DNA of 57,392 bases, counting the filler, from Catajapyx aquilonaris (lineage: Eukaryota), in assembly GCA_000934665.2 (NCBI GenBank). It is 2 parts of 2 records of this genome, joined end to end, with 100 filler letters (N's around TTAATTAATTAA, not from the genome) between each part and the next. Parts side by side here need not be neighbours in the genome. Positions count along the whole stretch, not along the records: positions 28,760 to 57,392 come from JYFJ02004893.1; 1 more part is not named here. One strand, written 5' to 3'. Position 1 is the first letter of the stretch, and each line of letters begins with the position of its first letter. Made by a program: the position numbers and the translations under genes. A model generated the notes under the pieces. That model ran no database searches. It saw only the letters and a program-made list of their open reading frames with translations, and was not told where the DNA came from. Below, in pieces: positions 31,115 through 42,832 of the stretch.

Positions 31115-32075
31115 GGAAAAATGGCTTCAATGTTTTTCAGACCATGTGAGTAATCAATTGCTAATTGCTTGATTTCATTTGTTTTTGTTCAGATGCTTTG
31201 TTTTTAGTTTCTATACTGCATATAAATGGGTGCTACTATTGAAGTTGGCATATATGTGGTCAGCATTGTTGATGGTGGCTTATTTTCCAGGGGGTCAGAC
31301 ATTATTTTACATTTGCATCATCAGTTACTTATATGGAGATTTATCCATATATTGTGCAGCTGTATCAAAGTCATTGCGGGATATTAGTTGGTAAGTAGGA
31401 TGGTTGAACAGAAAATTCTGGTGCACTTTTAACATGTATAACAACTTGGAAAGTTCATGATTCTTACTTTTATATTACAGCACTTACGTGATAGGCAACA
31501 TGACAGCAAATGATACCCATGGAACCCATGATGATGTCCCATGTTGGCCTGAAAGTAGTATATCAAGAATGGATGCCTACAGAATTTATCTGGTATGGAG
31601 TAACAGTCAGCATAAATTGGTGTTTAACTGGCTTGTGGTGGGTTAAAAATTTCAAATAGGTTGGTGGAAAAAAAGTGAGGCCTATTATTAATTTGCTCAG
31701 GATGCTCCTTGATATTCCTTCAAGGAGACTATACTGAGGTTTGCACATGTGAATGGTTTTTCATTTCTAATAGTGGGAATTAATTGAAGAGTACACGTGT
31801 AATGCCAAGGTATTTTTTTTTCCAATGCTAAAACTTCAAAAGGAGACATTGTTGAATAGCAGTACCAGTGTTTGTGTTTTTACAACCTGTTTCAAAGTGT
31901 AGCTCACATCAGTTGAAATGTTGTCCTGCATCAAGTTGATATTCCTCTGCCCATTAAGCATTAGTTGGTCAGAAGAATCAAAGGCACATCCCTGCATGTC
32001 CCTTCTCTCCTACCTTCCCACCATCCCACCCCCTGACCCTCACCCACCCTCAGGTATCCAATAGAACTTGTGAGC

Positions 32076-32148
<73 letters not shown>

Positions 32149-35100
32149 TTTATTTCTTTTACCCAGATAGCCTTCCTCCTTTACATTGGGGGAGGTCCCC
32201 GTGGTATTTACATTAAATGCACTGTCCTTTAAATATAGTACATAATATTGTGTTTTCTGAGAACTTGTGAGCATGTGCATCATTGCTCCTGATGAGGGTG
32301 TGAGCTAAATGATGGAACACTGGATTTTTACCCCAAGACATATGTCAGCACGAGGGCATGCTGATAATTTTTGCCTCAATGTTTATAAAATGTGTAATAC
32401 ATGTCAGGACAATGAGAGTGACATCGTTTGATCGTGGAATCTCCTCTTCTAAACCATACATTTACTTTTCTTCATAATCGCCACCAACAACAGTAAACCT
32501 GCGTAAACGATGTACCTGTTCTTCCCTCCCATCGGCGCAGGATTCAGGGCTGTGAGAGCGGCATCAACAGCAGCCTCAACTTATGCATTGGAGCTGTACC
32601 AATTGCCCTTCAGGTGTGTGTTCATTTTTGGAGAAAGAATGAAGTCGCAGGGCACAAAATCTAAGCTCTATACACCGAATGAGGAAGAATAGGGAATTTG
32701 AGTCTCTGGATGGCATCTGCAGTGTGATGGTTTGTGTGTGGTCAAGCATTATCATGGTGAAGAATGACATCCTTCTCTATGAGCACCCTGTTCACTCGTG
32801 CGTGAAACCTCCACAGGGTGTCCACATACACGATACACCTCAGAATTCACTTTTGTGACCGGTCAGGAACTCAGTTGTCATGCACGACACCTTCTCCAGA
32901 CACAAATTCTCTGCACTTCTTCATCCGCCGTATACAGCCCAAATCGTGTGCCCTGTGACTGATTTCTTTCCCCAAAAATGTAGACACACCTGATGAAGGG
33001 CACCCGGTAAAGCTCCAATGCATAAACTGAGGCTGCTGTTGACACTTGATGCTGCTCTCACAGCCCTGAATCCTATGTCGACGGGAGGAAAGAACCGGTA
33101 CATAATTTGCCCTGGTTTACTGCTGTTGGTGGTGATTATGAAGAAAAGTAAATTGATGGTTTTGAAGAGGAGATTCCAGGCTTTCATTAGATGTCACTCT
33201 CGTTGTCCTGTGAAGTGTATTACTAAGTTTATAAACATGAGGCAAAACTTATCAGCATGCCCATGTATTAAGTATTGTTATTTAGAGGTGGCATAGAATA
33301 CCAGTGTGCAGCTTTTAATTACTTTTTAAATTTTTATTTCAGGCTGTCTTCATTGGACTGCTGGGGCCATTTATATTTTTTGACATTCAGAAGACCAAAC
33401 ATCTCCAGTTGTTCACATCTTTAATGAGATGGCTTGGTAAGCATCATGCATCCCACTGAGGGGTTAGCCATTGACATAATCAGGTGTACACTTTGTCAAG
33501 TAATCACACAGGAGTAAACATGGTTAGACAAGCACAAGTAGGCTCCAATGATTGCTTGTAATCAGGAGTATTTGAGGGGGTGAAAATCAAAAACCGACAG
33601 CTCCAAAAACCAAAAAAAATGAGTTACCGCCGGCAATTCATTCCTCATGCCATGGAGTACATAATACCTGAATCTGGTATTTAAAACCCTACAACAAAGC
33701 CGTCAAATTCAGGGGTGAAAAGCGACCTCCGTAACAAAAACCGCCAGCTCCATCCCCACTCGCAGAAAATCACAGATCAAAAACCTCCAGCTCCCACGAC
33801 ACTAAAGCTGACATGGGAGACAGTACATACTGCGAAGCTCGTACGGATAACGACGGTGCGAATGAGATGCGCATTTAACAGAACACCTTGCGTAATGTAA
33901 TGGAACGTTGGTATGTAAGCGTGGAATAAACTTAAACATTTACAAGCCGGATAAACCTGTGTTTCATGTGTCCCTCACTCAATTTTGCATCAAAAAGCGC
34001 CAACTCCAGCCTGTTGCAAATCAAAAACCGGCCAGTGGTGGAATGGACGGTCCACAGCTCATTGGGTTATGGCAGATGATTTCATAATAACTTACCAATG
34101 GTTGAATTGCTAGTAAAGGAATCTATAGCCGCTACATTCAGGCGTCTACGTTGACATACGGCGAAACTGTAGGTTTTTCTCATTTTTTTCCGTTACGTTT
34201 ATGACGGAGCTGTCGGTTTTTGATTTTCACCCCATCATTTGTAATGTGGTGTACACTTTGAAAAAAGATGGCCATACCCTTGCATCTCACATTTGCGCTT
34301 TGTTTTGAATAGCAAATAATTGAGGGGGTTCCCCCAAATGTTTTTTGTCAGTGTTTGTCACATTTAAATGAGCATTAACAATAAGTGAATTGAGATAAAT
34401 AATTATAACTGTGGAATTTGAAACTATGGGACCATGCTTAAAACATTAACTCTGAGTTTCACATATTTCAAACATGCTGTCAATTATATGCATGTGTATG
34501 TAACAGTTATATGTATATGCTGATCATGGACATTCCTGGAGGGGGGGGGGTGTATCAAGATATTGATGACTGTTCTGAAACAAAAGCATAGATATTCTGC
34601 AACATTATGTGCACCTTGAAGAACCCACATCGTGTTAGCAAGAATAGTTCTGGTGATGTCTTATGGCATTTTTAGAGCTCTAACATCATTCATTAGGATT
34701 GTTTTCATATCCATGACTATGAAATTGGAGAAAATCCCCCCTGGAATGACTGGAACTTTATTGCAGCACCTAAAGTGGTATTCTGAAATTCAGCTTGGAT
34801 ATCTAGGGGTGCACTGCACATATACAAGGGTCAAGGGCTGTATATAAAGTAGTGACAACATGTGTACAAAATTTGCACTCCTGCCATTTTTTGCACCTTT
34901 TTCCAAACTTGTGGGAGCCTCTGAATTCCATCAGCAGAGTATTGATTGCTAATATCAGCGAAGGTCTGGTCTATCGTATTGCTTGCAAAGCTTCTCACAT
35001 GTCATGAAATTGCACAAAGGCACTGTGCCCCTCTTGCAACAGTCCAGTAAGGAAAGGCTTCCCAAAGGCCACAATAACAGTGACTTGCAGTTTTACTTCA

Positions 35101-36278
35101 TGCAACCTGGCTCCTGATTCAGGATTATGTTCTAATCTTGTCAACATAGTTTAGACCACCTCACTCTGAGACATTGACTTGGATGACTTCTCCACATAAG
35201 GTCACATTGTTACAATAGGCTGTGTCAACTTCTGAGCATGTACTGTGAATAGAACTACCATCTCTCCATGTTAACAGTAGCATTTGAATTACCTGCTGCA
35301 TTTCTAGACATTGTTGCCACTATTTTGTTTACAACCCTTGTATATTTGTTTTGGTATTTTGACAGTCAAGTTGGCATTACTATGTGAGAGTCACATGAGA
35401 ATCTGGTAGCCAACTTGACCATGCATATATGTGAGATTTTCACTGATGAGTAATTTCCTTTCAATTTATTTCTAAGAACATGTTTTTTATGTTATCATTT
35501 CATTTTCACAGCTTTTGGCATCATGATTGTTTTGGCCTGCCTCGTAATTGCTGGAGGAAAGAGTACTGCACATCCGGCTGTGTACAACTGGAGTGGTTTA
35601 CCCAATCTCTTTGGAGTGTGTGTGTATTCCTTTATGTGTCACCATTCGCTGCCATCACTGGTGACACCTATATCCAAGAAAGACAAGTTATTCTTCTTAT
35701 TTGGTGTAGATTATGTACTAATTGCTGGGTTTTATATATTGCTAGCATTCACAGGGATATTTGCTTTTGAAAATCTCAATGACTTATACACACTTAATTT
35801 TCAACCTGACAAGGAACACCCGGGAGGTGTTTACTCTGGAACTATTGTTATTGAGTACTTCTTATCTCTCTTTCCTGTTTTTACTCTGAGCACTAGCTTT
35901 CCAATAATAGGTATCACACTGAGAAATAATTTGAAGTCACTCTGTTTGAAAGAAGGAGTGAGATACAGCTGGATGCTCAGAAAACTTCTTTTCCCATTGA
36001 TGGCATGCTTGCCACCAGCTGCCATTGCCATAGCCACAGAAAATGTGCAATTTTTAGTAGGAATTACAGGATCTTACGCAGGAACAGGTGTCCAATACCT
36101 CATTCCAACTGCTCTTGTTTACTATGGACGGAAAGCAAGTAGGCACCTGACTGGACCTGGGGTCAGAAATCCATACATGTCACCATTTACACATGGAGCA
36201 TGGCTCGTCTTTGTGCTTGTTTGGGCTGGTGTTTCACTTATACTTGTCAGTGTGGACCATTTGATAAATCCCAGATGA
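31115..36278 (+). CDS. TMEM104: Transmembrane protein 104 (amino-acid transporter-like), 5'-partial
   Basis: Exons 31115-31145 (GKMASMFFRP), 31291-31390 (LFYICIISYLYGDLSIY), 31481-31592 (RMDAYRIYL), 33343-33436 (GPFIFFDIQKTKHLQLFTSLMRWL) and 35512-36278 (FGVCVYSFMCHHSLPSL; GITGSYAGTGVQY); phases are consistent. Confidence 0.9.
32078..32147. repeat. (TAG)n microsatellite
   Basis: About 23 perfect TAG units. Confidence 0.95.
32351..33265. mobile_element. Mariner-derived fold-back element built from two 5' ends
   Basis: CGAGGGCATGCTGATAA...TTATCAGCATGCCCATG|TA with ~330-bp arms; the centre (minus strand) encodes DVILHHDNA*PHT. Confidence 0.8.
33574..34236. mobile_element. Non-autonomous TIR element, Sola2-like
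   Basis: GAGGGGGTGAAAATCAAAAACCGACAGCTCC...GGAGCTGTCGGTTTTTGATTTTCACCCCATC with 4-bp TSD ATTT. Confidence 0.7.
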
Positions 36279-36475
36279 TCGTTTCAAAAATGGTCAATTT
36301 AGGCTTAAACCACATTTCCAACATTGTTCAGTAGTGAGTTATTGTGGGTGGGGTCCATGGGAGTGCATTGTGAACATTTCATGAGTCATCTTCCAAGTCC
36401 TGAAAATACTACATGTGACCAGGTCACACTTATTTTCTTAATGTACAGTGGATATCAGACCAGCTGTGACATATA

Positions 36476-37596
36476 AGGTGGATTGCGAAGACGTGGTCCC
36501 AAACCGCAGTTTAAACCAGGTTCCACTAGACCAGGTTTAGGTCGCGTCCTGAACTCCCTTGTGGAGACGGGGTTCGGACCGGGTTTAGCAAGACTGCAGC
36601 TCAACCATGTTGTCAGTTTGGCAACAACGCTTTTTTCTCTCCGGAGAGACGCACTTCAGGCCTGAGAAAAGGGCTCCGGTTGGTGATTGTAAGTCGTGCG
36701 TGGACATCCATGGGGGATGGGACGGCCAAACTTCCCACAGGAGGACAAGTAGTCCACACCAAAGAAAATAGAATGAGAGGAGGTAGCAAATGTAGACGCC
36801 TCAACAATGAACCCGCTGTGTGAGTGTGACGTCACTTGGATGGCAAAATCCGGCACTTATTTTGAAAGGCAGGTGCTCGGCATGGGGAAACAGGCATTGT
36901 ACCTGCAGATATAGAGATATCCAGTCAATCCCTGCCATTTGGAGGGGGGGAGGATGTTCCTGGAGGACCCTCCCCTTGACCTGTCTGTGAACTGCTCCTT
37001 ACACATGCCATTTTTGCTGGGTCCATCTGGAATTTGATAACTGCTGGGCCTTTCTTCTTGCTAGCTCCTTGCTCAACCCCTGCACAACGCAAAAATCTGT
37101 TCCTTCTTGCACATCAAAAATGTTGGTGGTGACTTATGTGAAAGGAACTGTCACCATAAATCGGAGTGTTAGGAGGACCTGGAACAGCACCAGTACTCCT
37201 AGTCCTCGCATATCAGCATGTTCCAGGTCAGGAGACAGAAGTCACACTAGCCATGCAACACAGAACTGTCTTTCAATATCGGAATCGCCTCCAAAAATCA
37301 CCATAGCACCACTACTCAATTGGGGTTAGACACATCCTGTAGCATATACGTTGAGGTGCACGATGGCAGAGCTGTCGACGCTTCAATTGCTGCAGAACCA
37401 AAGACCACAGTCATCATGGAGCCCGTCCGACTCCATCTAGCTGCCTGAACCAGGTTTAAACCACCCTTGCAGGTGGTCTGGGTTAGGCCGCAGTTAGACC
37501 TGTCTCAGGACTGAACCCTGTCTTTGCAAGCGGAATCCCTGTTTAAACCGCGATCTAATTGAGCCGCGGTTTACAGTCCGTCTTCGCAATCCACCC
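36476..37596. mobile_element. ~1.1-kb non-autonomous PIF/Harbinger-like element
   Basis: TIR GGTGGATTGCGAAGACG/CGTCTTCGCAATCCACC, repeated AAACC/GGTTT subterminal motifs, TAA-like flanks. Confidence 0.7.
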
Positions 37597-37888
37597 ATAA
37601 TGGCAAAATTATTGCTAAACTCAGGGAGTAAAGATACCTTCCATATGTTATTCTTATTATTCATTTTAATGATGCATCTAAGTTTTTTATGTGGTTTTCA
37701 TCCAGTTTTACACAGGAGCTACTCTAAAACCAAGAATCAAAAGAAATGTATTGCCCCAAATTTGATGGTTCATACTTTTGCTGTAGTAGTGCGTCTATAG
37801 AGGCATTCCTCAAACCTTGGTTTGGAAAAGTTTGAAAACATGGAATGGTAGAAATACACCATTCTCTTGATGGGATGACATGCAGTTA

Positions 37889-38467
37889 TGAGGGAGAATC
37901 AAAAAGTAATTGAGTAATTTTTTAATTCAGAGGTTTCACTAGAGAAACTGAAACTGAGATATATACATATGAAAGTGCAAGTCTTTCTCTAATTTTCGAC
38001 ATAGTCGCCATACAATTTGGTGGATTTGTCCCATCAGGACATGAGTTTTTCCATACCCCTGCAGAAAAAAGCGTCAGACTGGGTGGGAAGCCAGTGAGGG
38101 ATGGCCTCTTTCACTTCCTCGATGTCGCTGAAGTTCTGAACTCCCAGGTGCTTCTTCATTGGTCCAAAGAGATGGTAGACCATGGGTAAAACCACCTCTT
38201 TGGACCAAAAAATAAGCACTAGCTTCTCAAGAACTCAGTGACATCGAGGAAGTGAAAGAGATCATCCCACACTGGCTTCCCACCCAGTTTGACGATTTTT
38301 TCTGCAGGGCTATGGAAAAGATAGTGTCCCGCTGGGAGAAATGCACCCAATTGTATGGTGACTATGTCTAAAATTATAGAAAGACTTGCCCTTTCATATG
38401 TATATCTCAGTTTCAGTTTCTCTAGTGAAACCTCTGAATTTAAAAATTACTTTTTGATTCTCCCTCG
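37889..38467. mobile_element. Mariner-derived fold-back element built from two 3' ends
   Basis: TA|TGAGGGAGAATCAAAAAGTAA...TTACTTTTTGATTCTCCCTCG|TA; the arms encode the mariner C-terminus (YHLFGPMKKHL...GMEKLMS*WDK...GDYVEN). Confidence 0.88.
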
Positions 38468-38902
38468 TATATGTCCCCATGGTATTTGTTTTAGATAATT
38501 AAAATGCTGTCACAAACTGGGTCCACTTGTAGTGCAGGTTTCTGATGGTTGTGAATTATATTTGGGGTACTAAAAAGTTGCATTAAAAATTGTCACATTG
38601 CAGTGTTCCAACGTTTGCAGCTGTAATAGGCATAGTTGGACTAGCTTTGAAGGTCAGAGGAGAGGACAATGTGCCATAGAAATTTATGTTGCAAATTAAA
38701 TTATCTTGGATGTCTAGCACTAACTCCAGCTTTGCTCGAAGGCTAGTTTGCATTAGGTGAGAAGCCCCAGTGTATATAAGATGTCAGAGCTAAGGAATGA
38801 CTACCAAAATGACTTGTACATGGACAATTTTTACTTAATTATGCAAATGAGCATGCCATGAAATTGAGCACTGCTATGCTTTAATTTTGTGTATATACTT
38901 AT

Positions 38903-39340
38903 ACATGGGTTGTTTCATAAGTCATGGCGCGTATTTTTAAATTCAAAAACGGTAACACATACAGAGATGACCTTTGCTGAGTTTTGAAGATGGACTCGGA
39001 GATGGACAACACGGGAGCTTGATTTCGAGTGTGGGACATGTCTGAGCACTCTGCGTAGGACTCTGAAAGACTGAAAGGTCTCAGGAAGTTGGCACCCTCA
39101 CTGGTTCCTCGCCGTCTCTTTGAGGTGCAAAAGTGCCGCCATTTTGCCTTCGCTTGGAACTCGATCACATTGAGGGCGATGGTTTTTTCAAATGGTTTGT
39201 GGCGATGGATGACACATGGCTCCAGTCATAGTGCTCTGACTTGTCCCACACTCGAAATCAAGCTCCAGTGTTATCCATCACCGGGTGTCCGGCATGCAGC
39301 GTCCAACAGCTCCAAGTGCGTCAGGCTCGGGCCGTCTTAA
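38903..39340 (+). mobile_element. Degenerate mariner fragment
   Basis: LRKLAPSLVPRRLFEVQK (WVPRxL-like) and AMDDTW (TGDETW-like); internal 42-bp inverted duplication at 39009-39050/39230-39271. Confidence 0.6.
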
Positions 39341-40957
39341 GGCGATGGTGCGATGGGGGTCATGATCCCCTTTTGTTTCCCTGCCTCCCCGCCATATGGC
39401 TGATATCCAATATATTGGACATCAGGTCTCAGGAGGATATGCTACTGTTCAACTTTGTGGGTTTTGTGAGCACAAGGGTAGCAAAAATTAATTGTTGTTT
39501 ATTTTAAACAATTTTAGTATACCACAAGTGCCTAAATGAGCTGCGATTTACCTGTACCAAGTGTGTTCAGTACCGGTCAGTTTTGGTTCAACTTAACTTT
39601 AGAGTGACACGGGGTGATTGTTTTCTTGGCAAGAAAAACAGTGCTGTGAAGTGGGGTGACTTGAGGCCATTTGGGTGACATGTTCCATTGTTGTCCTGGT
39701 GCATTGAATATTGCACCAATCCACTGTAGTGTCAAGAACCTTATCAAAAACTAATATAGGCTACATGATTACACAAAAATTATAAATTCCTATCTTAAAA
39801 TCTATATACCATAGACGTATCTGAGCTACATCATTGCAAAGGTAAAGATTCCAAGTTTTTTCAACACAATGTGTTCTAGGATTGGTGTAGGCACAGCTCA
39901 TGTTAATATTTAGTGAGATAAGAATTAATAAGAATATGCATGATTGCATAATCTTGGTAATTAATTAATTCAGGAATATGTAAAACTCTAGGAAGGTAAT
40001 GAGTTTTCTTCAGACTCATGATCTTGGTGGGTTCAAAGGCACCTTATCTGTTGGTCTGTCTTCGTTTTTATCATCTGTGCACTTCGAAAACAAAGCGTGG
40101 CTTCAAGTCATCCCACCCCATGGGAAGACATTGTGCCAGCATATTTGGTATTATTGGATGTAGGATCAAGACACAACAAAAGTGACCTTGCATGTGTAGA
40201 TGGGGCATGTATCCCCTGAACATAGAGTTAAATTTTTCCAACCATTTTACAAGTAGGAATTGATCAAACTATACCAAAAGTGGCCTACAGTCACCCCAAT
40301 TTATCGTAGGTTGACTGGAAAATGTTCTCCCTAATATAGTCATAGGCAGTCTGACTGATTATTATTTTTGCTACCCTGAGCACTGACTTGTGAGCTAAGT
40401 ATCTCTTTAGGGGGACAGTGTGTTTTTTCCTCACAGTTGAGGGCAAGCTAGATGGATGACAAAAATTACTCCTGGTGAAATGAAAGTTAGCTACCAGTAT
40501 TATGTTAGCATTTCTGGTACTGCATACACTGACATGTTAGCTGCTAAAAAAAATTATTATTATTGCTCTTAATTATTCATGTTCATGGATATAATAAGTA
40601 CTTAATCATGAAGATCTGTAATGTGCTCCTTTGAGACTTTTCTGGACTAGAATTTTTCCCATAACAAGGTGTGTGTATTATATCACTCAAAAAATTGAGA
40701 CGATTGTGCATTTGGTTTCAATGCAAAATTGTCTCTCCTCATTTTGAGCGATATAGTACATAACTGGAAGTTTTGGTAGCAAATGCCCCATGTTTAGGCC
40801 AAAACCAGACATTTTAAAAAATACCCTTATTGTTGCATCGTGCTAGCATACCTAAAAAGGTATGCTGTGTAATATTACCATTTTATAATCATTTACTCCA
40901 TGGTATATCTGTTAAAACCACCCATAATATTGCAATTCAATAATTCTTTCAAATATA

Positions 40958-41299
40958 CAGGGTGTTTCTAACTAGTCCAGCTGACGGGCGTCAAAATTGT
41001 AGGGGGAGAAATGTCGAGGGACCAACCGTTAATGAGGTAAATGACCAGAAACATTGGCTGGTGGTTGCCGCATATGAGTGGTGATATAATCACTTCTGTG
41101 AAGGACGTGACTTTGCAAATCCCAACAGTCGCGATTTCCACGCTCATATCCTGCTCCTTCAGCAACAATTGACCAATGTTTCTGGTCAAGGTCATTTTAA
41201 GGGTTGCACCTTCAACATTTCTCCCCCCTACATTTTCGACTTCTTTTGGCTCAAGGAATACGCTGACGGCCGTTGGCTGTACTAGTAACAAACACCCTG
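40958..41299. mobile_element. CAGGGTG-type MITE
   Basis: TA|CAGGGTGTTT...AAACACCCTG|TA; the arms are diverged. Confidence 0.8.
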
Positions 41300-41518
41300 T
41301 ATTAAGGATCTCTGAAATTGAGTGGTTATTGTTTTTTAAGGGATATTTATTTTATACATGTATAGGTAAGCAATAAAAACCATATGATGCAAACCTTTCG
41401 TTATTTTTCTGTAAAAAAAACCTATAAAAATGACGCATAAAATTGCAGTTTCTGCAAAGTACTGCAGAAAGTTTCAAATGTTGACCTTCAAAAATATTCA
41501 GTTATCCATTCACACAGA

Positions 41519-41672
41519 GGGTCCATGCAGACGGGCCAAGCCCAGCCTCGGCCGCGACAATTCACACCTAAGGGGCCCCCTAGCAACGCCACGGCCAGGC
41601 CACGGGCCAACTTCCTGGAAGTTGGCCAGGGCCGCGGGCCCGCGGCCAAGCTTGGCCCGTCTGCATGGCCCC
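41519..41672. mobile_element. GC-rich PIF/Harbinger-like MITE
   Basis: GGGTCCATGCAGACGGGCCAAGC...GCTTGGCCCGTCTGCATGGCCCC with 3-bp TSD AGA. Confidence 0.82.
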
Positions 41673-42085
41673 AGAAAGTGCCAGACTTGGCAAGTTTTCA
41701 TGGACAGGCGAACAGATGAGATGTTATTAGTGGTCTAAATTTAATGTTTCTTGGCTTTGATACTCACTTGTCACAAGAGCTGAGGTTGACAGAGTCTTCT
41801 TTGGGTTTGGTGGGCCATCATATTGTGGCCTTTCTAGAGAAACACACCAAGTCCAAAAACCCGGTTTTGAGATAATCTCAAGCATACATTTGTCCTGTCG
41901 TACGTGCTAGTGAAGACAAAAAACATGGCTTGCTGTCTCATCATGAATCTTTAGAACTAACCTAGAAAAACCCATGCTTCGCTTGCATTTTTCTAGGGTG
42001 CAGGCCTAGCAAGCCAATCTCATCGCTCGCTTTTCTATGCCTTCGTCTTATGGTGGTAGAGCCACATTGTTAATTGCTTTGGCTT

Positions 42086-42370
42086 AGGGAGGTATGGTGG
42101 TCTGGTGGTTACGCCACTAGCCACCCAAGCGGGAGGCCGGGGTTCAAATCCCATCCCCGTCACCTCTGCTTGGCCAGGTCTTTTTCCACTATTCACCCAA
42201 CATGCCGGGGCTGAATTGCACTCCTTACTCTGCCCAGGGCCAGGAGAAAATGTCTGGTGTATTTCATAAAGTCAGAAACGACTATAATTACAGCGCCCTC
42301 CCTTGGGAACCTCCCCTTCCCTCCTAAAAGGGCTCCACACTATCACGGGGTAAATTTTTTTTTAAAAAAA
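42086..42370 (+). mobile_element. tRNA(Gly-like)-derived SINE (family A), full length
   Basis: A box TGGTCTGGTGG; GCGGGAGGCCGGGGTTCAAATCCC B box; 10-bp TSD GCTTTGGCTT at 42076-42085 and 42371-42380. Confidence 0.85.
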
Positions 42371-42408
42371 GCTTTGGCTTTCAAACATCCTGGTTATCAG
42401 AACACATA

Positions 42409-42832
42409 CAGGGTGTATCTGAACTCAGTGCCCCGACGTATATGACTGCCTTCCTAGCCACCAGAGGATCGATTTAAGTATAGGAATCATATGTCTGGGC
42501 AACCTCATTACAGAGATACACTCTTCAGCGATTTTTGCCTAATCGCTCCATCTGACTTTTAAATATAATTTTCTGGTGTAACTAGCCAAGGAGGCCTTAC
42601 CACCAGTGGGCAACAAACCAACAAAGTCCCGCCCCCAGACCTTCCAGAGCCTTCTGACTGGGGGAGGGTTCGATGGGTGGCCTAACCGACAGGATATTTT
42701 GTACTACATGTTTGCGGCCAATTATCTCCGTAATGCGGCGGCCAAACATAATGATTCCTATACTTAAATCGATCCTCTGGTGGCTAGGAAGGCAGTCATA
42801 TACGTCGGGGCACTGAGTTCAGATACACCCTG
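42409..42832. mobile_element. CAGGGTG-type MITE
   Basis: TA|CAGGGTGTATCTGAACTCAGTGCCCC...GGGGCACTGAGTTCAGATACACCCTG|TA; ~80 bp of perfect TIR. Confidence 0.9.

Noticed and set aside
42086..42160. tRNA gene
   Set aside because: Degenerate cloverleaf followed by a SINE body, tail and TSD; the same applies to 48389.
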